Source: Promethearchaeota archaeon (GTDB taxonomy: Archaea > Asgardarchaeota > Lokiarchaeia > Sigyniarchaeales > SOKP01). From it: a stretch of DNA of 64,000 bases. Below the pieces are notes generated by a model. It saw nothing but the letters and a program-made list of their open reading frames with translations, made no database searches and was not told the origin of the DNA. Positions 59,973 to 64,000 of the stretch are shown here, in pieces. Each line of letters starts with the position of its first letter. Position 1 is the stretch's first letter. The stretch is from the NCBI GenBank assembly GCA_019058445.1, contig JAHPZA010000004.1, positions 64,001 to 128,000 of the forward strand. Direction: 5' to 3'. A program made the position numbers and the translations under genes.

Positions 59973-60806
59973 TTATAAATACTTTAATAAAACATTAAAT
60001 TGAGTCATATCAAATGGTTTCAAGAAATACCCCTCTGCTCCCGTATTTTTCAGATTTTTTTTGACTTCTGATTCTGGAACAGCTGTGATATAATAAATCG
60101 GGATGTTTTCGAATTTATTATCTGACTTTATTGATCTGCATATCTCGTAACCATCACTATCTGGTAAGAGAATATCTAATAAGATCAATTTGGGAGTGTT
60201 TTTTTCAAGTAATTGAATTGCTTCATTTCCTAATCCAGTTGATCTAAAAGAATAACCTTTTTTCTTAAAATATTCTGAAATAAGATAAACAGTTGAATTG
60301 TCATCATCGATTATTAAAATATCATATTTTGTTTTTTTCTCTTCCTGTTCATCTAAGATTTGAGTCAATAATTTTTCCATATTTATACTTTTGTCAAAAA
60401 TTTCTTTTAATTTTAATAAGATATCCCAACTTAATTCATTTTTATATTCTTCTATTAAAATTTGTGAAAATCCTTTTATCGAACTCAATTCTTCTTTTAA
60501 ACTATGGGATATTTCAGAGAAATCTTCTAATTTTTTAAATTTCATTTTTGAATTAGTATAGAATTCAACAGATTCTTTAATTAGTTTTGAAAGAGTGGAA
60601 ATATCATTATCATCTGCAAATTTTTTCCATCTTTCTTTTTTCTCTTTAGAAACCAGAATATTTATCCGTTCCTTAGGATTTTTTCCCATTTGCCAATTTT
60701 TAAATCCTTCTGTTATCTGGTTCCGCCATATTGCTTGTTTACCTGTTTCTTTTTCATATCTTTCCATTTCATTAGTTTTTTCAATTTCTTCTCCACTATC
60801 TGCCAT
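59973..60806 (-). CDS. Response regulator with RHH-like and HisKA-like N-terminal modules
   Basis: ERINILVS..K...W...TLSKLIKESV (RHH-like); SHSLKEELSSIKGF (H-box-like); REC domain IIDDD, LLDILLPD, ITA, KPF. Confidence 0.85.
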   Translation of the reverse strand: MADSGEEIEKTNEMERYEKETGKQAIWRNQITEGFKNWQMGKNPKERINILVSKEKKERWKKFADDNDISTLSKLIKESVEFYTNSKMKFKKLEDFSEISHSLKEELSSIKGFSQILIEEYKNELSWDILLKLKEIFDKSINMEKLLTQILDEQEEKKTKYDILIIDDDNSTVYLISEYFKKKGYSFRSTGLGNEAIQLLEKNTPKLILLDILLPDSDGYEICRSIKSDNKFENIPIYYITAVPESEVKKNLKNTGAEGYFLKPFDMTQFNVLLKYL

Positions 60807-60993
60807 TTTCCCGTTGTTGTTTGTATTATTGATTTAAATTATAAATATTATTAAAATAGAATTTATGTATAAATTTTCTTTTCTATATTAATTAATGTAT
60901 AATTAGTATTTATATAATAATTAGTTATATTGGCTATAAAAGCTTTGAACCATAAAAAAAATGAAAATTGCTAAAATTTTCTCGAGTTAAAAA

Positions 60994-61944
60994 TTATATT
61001 GTTGGGGAAAAATTTAGAGCTTCTTCATATGAATTAGACCATTTCCAAAATTTTCCGCCTTTTTTATTATAATAGCACCCTAACCATTGATTAGTTAAAT
61101 CGGAATATATTATTTCAGATATCGCATTATTAAGTTCAAAATTATTGAGATTAGTCTTTAAGTCCAATTTATTGAATAACTTATAAAAAACAATAGTCAA
61201 TATTGAACAAATTCCCGCTGAAAATAGTACATCAGAGGCATAATGCTTTCCTATAACAACCCTCCCTATGGCAACGTATAAACCAAAACTTAGAACAGAA
61301 AATACAAGCATTATCTTGAATTTATTTGAAATTTTTTTATTGGTTATTAGTATTATTAGTGGTAAAAATGTAAAAGCACTAGCAGTGTGTCCACTTGGAA
61401 AACTATCATTTTCAGGATCAGGACCATTAATTATATACCATGCAGTAAATTCTGATTCTGAAGATAAATCATTATATCTTACTCTTCCCCATTCAATTTT
61501 CATTACGTCAACAATCACGTTTGTAAAGAAATACAATAGAATTATTGAAACAGCAATAGAGAGATAATTTCTCCAGTTTTTATTGTATGTTATAATGTAA
61601 AATGTTATTAAGAATAATATTATCATATATGGAACAACCAATCCATCTCCATTGTAAAGGATGTTTATGGATTCTAAGTAAACAACAGAATAAAGTATCA
61701 TAATAATACCGATCTTTCTCTGCATTTTAATATCATTAAAAAGACTTCCTACCAAAATCGTTATACTAACATATAAAAGCGAGTCATCAAGATGATTTCC
61801 ATAATTATTTCCGAAATCAAATATCTCTACGTTTTTATATATAGTAGCATGTTTGGATATTTCTAAATCATAAAATCCAAAAATAGTTGCTAAGAGAGCC
61901 CATGAAGCTATTAATCCAAAAAGAAGTTTATTTATATTCTTCAT
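60994..61944 (-). CDS. PAP2-family membrane phosphatase
   Basis: K..WGRVR, SFPSGH, GRVVIGKHYASDV. Confidence 0.9.
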   Translation of the reverse strand: MKNINKLLFGLIASWALLATIFGFYDLEISKHATIYKNVEIFDFGNNYGNHLDDSLLYVSITILVGSLFNDIKMQRKIGIIMILYSVVYLESINILYNGDGLVVPYMIILFLITFYIITYNKNWRNYLSIAVSIILLYFFTNVIVDVMKIEWGRVRYNDLSSESEFTAWYIINGPDPENDSFPSGHTASAFTFLPLIILITNKKISNKFKIMLVFSVLSFGLYVAIGRVVIGKHYASDVLFSAGICSILTIVFYKLFNKLDLKTNLNNFELNNAISEIIYSDLTNQWLGCYYNKKGGKFWKWSNSYEEALNFSPTI

Positions 61945-61964
61945 TTTTTTTCATCACTTTTATT

Positions 61965-62077
61965 TTTTATACATGATCAAGTAATTATTTTATAATCTAT
62001 ACATGCTTATTTTATTAAAGTATTATATCTTTATAAATCTATACATTTTACAAAAAGGATCTATACATTTATATAGA
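61965..62077. promoter_or_regulatory. Repeated ATCTATACAT boxes upstream of the PAP2 gene
   Basis: Exact copies at 61995, 62037 and 62059, partial copy near 61965; the third lies in TCTATA-N6-TATAGA. Confidence 0.45.
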
Positions 62078-62164
62078 AATTAAATATAAGAATTAGATGA
62101 AAAAAATTTAAAAACTAAAAAAAGAAAGATAAATTGATTATTTTTTGATTATCCATTTAATTGT

Positions 62165-62347
62165 TTAGGGATCAGGATTACTAGTGGGACCTTCAACTTC
62201 ACTAATTGACCCATCATCGCAATAAACTTCGATTTCCCAGGATCCTTCGCTGTTTTTCACAATTATGTCATAATAAGCCATATCGCTTCCTTCTTCAGTA
62301 TCAGCTTCTTTCTCAGGTTTTAAAATTTCTTTTTCCTTAAAGCGCTT
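62165..62347 (-). pseudogene. C-terminal fragment of a PepSY-like domain protein
   Basis: Open frame bounded upstream by a stop: ...EKEADTEEGSDMAYYDIIVKNSEGSWEIEVYCDDGSISEVEGP. Confidence 0.4.
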
Positions 62348-62369
62348 TTATGGAGAAATATTATTGCTT

Positions 62370-62747
62370 TTATCTGTATTGCAGAGTTCTTCTTCGCGAA
62401 ACTATCGCTAACATTTTGCTGAAAATGGGCAGTATCGCACACGCCAACAGACCAATTAAGAGCACCTGAGTAAAATCCAGATAATTTAACTCCGTGCCCC
62501 CATCAACACTATGCTCGATCTCGGTATTTGCTCTCCCAAAATCCTCCATAAAATTGCGAACTAAAGTATTATGCACACAGTTAATCTGGACAATGGTATG
62601 GTTATTAAAGCTGCCAAAATTATAGGCTATATAGCTGTGATTAGAGGCACGCAAATAGATGGCATATTCATGCTCAGTCAGTAAATTGCTTGTAAGGTTA
62701 TTGTAATTGGAACAATTCAGATAGATACCTGAGCGCGGATCTGCGAC
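62370..62747 (-). pseudogene. C-terminal fragment of a NosD/right-handed beta-helix surface protein with TM anchor
   Basis: GIYLNCSNYNNLTSN..YAIYLRASNHSYIAYN repeats begin upstream of the called TTG, directly after an in-frame TAG at 62750-62748. Confidence 0.6.
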
Positions 62748-62756
62748 CTATATTTA

Positions 62757-63842
62757 ATGAGAAATGAGTTTGATAACGCAGTTGGAGCTTGTAGCGAGGT
62801 ACTGCTTAACCATCCCAAGAGCAAAGTCATCTGGTATTTTCTTGGTTTGGCGTATCTCATGAAAAAAGAAAGGCGAAACAATCGAAAAACCTGGGCTAAG
62901 ATCAATCTTGATGTTCACTGGACCAGCTATTTGGATGAGAATCTTGGTATATGTAAATGTCAGCTGGCCGAAATATATGCTAATAGAAAGAAAGAATATC
63001 AAAAAGCCAAGGAAATTTGCAAGCAAGCACTTGAGATTGAACCCGACCGTGTGTGTGCTTGGCATATTCTTGGACATATATACTATGTAGAGAAAAAGTT
63101 TAATAAGGCCATTGAGGCTTTTATTAAGATATTAGAAATTGATCCTAAAAATCTAGATGAGTGGAATCCATACGCTTTGAATTATTTAGCACATATTTAC
63201 ATTGAAATTTGTGATTATGCTAAGGCAATAGATTCAGCTAGAACCGCTGTAAAGCTAGATTCAAATTTCAAAGTAGCATGGGGAAATTTAGCAGGGGCGT
63301 ATTTTAAACGAGGAGAGTATGACAAGGTAATAAATGTCTGCCATCGAGCATTGGAGATTGATGCGAGAAATGAATATGCGTGGAGCAATTTAGCTCGGGC
63401 ATATAATAAATTAGGAGATTATGATAATGCTATAGCAGCGTCTATGGAAGCGTTGAGTGTGAAGCTGGAAGATTCAAGACCACTTCATCATTTAGGTTAT
63501 GCATATTACAAAAAAGGAGATATCCCGAAAGCGCTCGAGTTGATGAAATGGTCCCTTGATTTAGAGCCCGAATATGAATTAGCCCATAAGCATCTTGAGC
63601 AAATCTTAAATGAAGTGGGAGAGGTCTCATTTGACGAAGTTCAAACGGACATTGTAAGGAGGATTTTGAGAGAGCGCGAAGAAAAACCGATTCGAGAGTC
63701 CGATGAGTATTATAATCTTGCAAAATTTTTTTATAGCGTGAGAAATTTTAAGAAAGCCCTTGAGGCATGCGAGATCTCCTTAAAGTTAAATCCTCTTAAT
63801 AAAAAAGCTTTAAAGTTCAAGAGCAAGGTTAGAGAGATGTGA
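62757..63842 (+). CDS. TPR-repeat protein (possibly 5' truncated)
   Basis: AW..L...Y......KAI 34-aa repeats; begins mid-repeat. Confidence 0.85.
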   Translation: MRNEFDNAVGACSEVLLNHPKSKVIWYFLGLAYLMKKERRNNRKTWAKINLDVHWTSYLDENLGICKCQLAEIYANRKKEYQKAKEICKQALEIEPDRVCAWHILGHIYYVEKKFNKAIEAFIKILEIDPKNLDEWNPYALNYLAHIYIEICDYAKAIDSARTAVKLDSNFKVAWGNLAGAYFKRGEYDKVINVCHRALEIDARNEYAWSNLARAYNKLGDYDNAIAASMEALSVKLEDSRPLHHLGYAYYKKGDIPKALELMKWSLDLEPEYELAHKHLEQILNEVGEVSFDEVQTDIVRRILREREEKPIRESDEYYNLAKFFYSVRNFKKALEACEISLKLNPLNKKALKFKSKVREM

Positions 63843-64000
63843 GAAGGAATTTTTTAGTCAAGAAAATCTTTTAAAGAGGTTTGCCTTATTTGAGGTTTCT
63901 TCTCATTGCCCTTTTTTTTAATAAAATTGATTTTCGGGAATTTGAAATGAGAATAGATAAAATATGGTCGGTCATAAATGTGCAAGCCTTTCTTATCGGT

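Noticed and set aside
1195-63723. Numerous 60-120 aa ORFs overlapping longer genes (e.g. 1195-1395, 9244-9471, 39680-40039, 62754-63077, 63442-63723)
   Set aside because: They are antisense or alternate-frame shadows of well-supported CDS, with no motifs.

Overview
Very AT-rich archaeal DNA, most likely an Asgard archaeon of the Lokiarchaeia type. This is inferred from the HMf-type histone, proteasome beta, eS8, SRP19, Hef helicase, an intron-containing tRNA, and LRR-TIR, TPR and PCI-like proteins. The window holds about 55 CDS, one tRNA-Pro(GGG) with two introns, and one TnpB-only IS200/IS605 element; no CRISPR array or rRNA was seen. Two things stand out. (1) Three otherwise unrelated proteins end in the same 16-residue C-terminal tag IEWRPxxxxPEDxxA[Y/L]-stop: a Zn-ribbon protein, a SWIM-finger protein and a HIRAN protein 43 kb away. 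The first two head a yehLMPQ-like MoxR AAA+/DUF5682/VWA locus, which suggests a tag-addressed AAA+-VWA remodelling or docking system. (2) tRNA-Pro is followed by four degenerate copies of its own 3' end, delimiting gene-sized (0.8-2.6 kb) cassettes with no integrase. The tRNA-proximal cassette carries a tandem-HNH nuclease and a HEPN-HNH toxin-like gene. Secondary points are probable ATT/ATA start codons, a surface-anchored metacaspase, an LRR-TIR protein and an unusual two-component locus. All family assignments come from motif recognition by eye, not from database searches.
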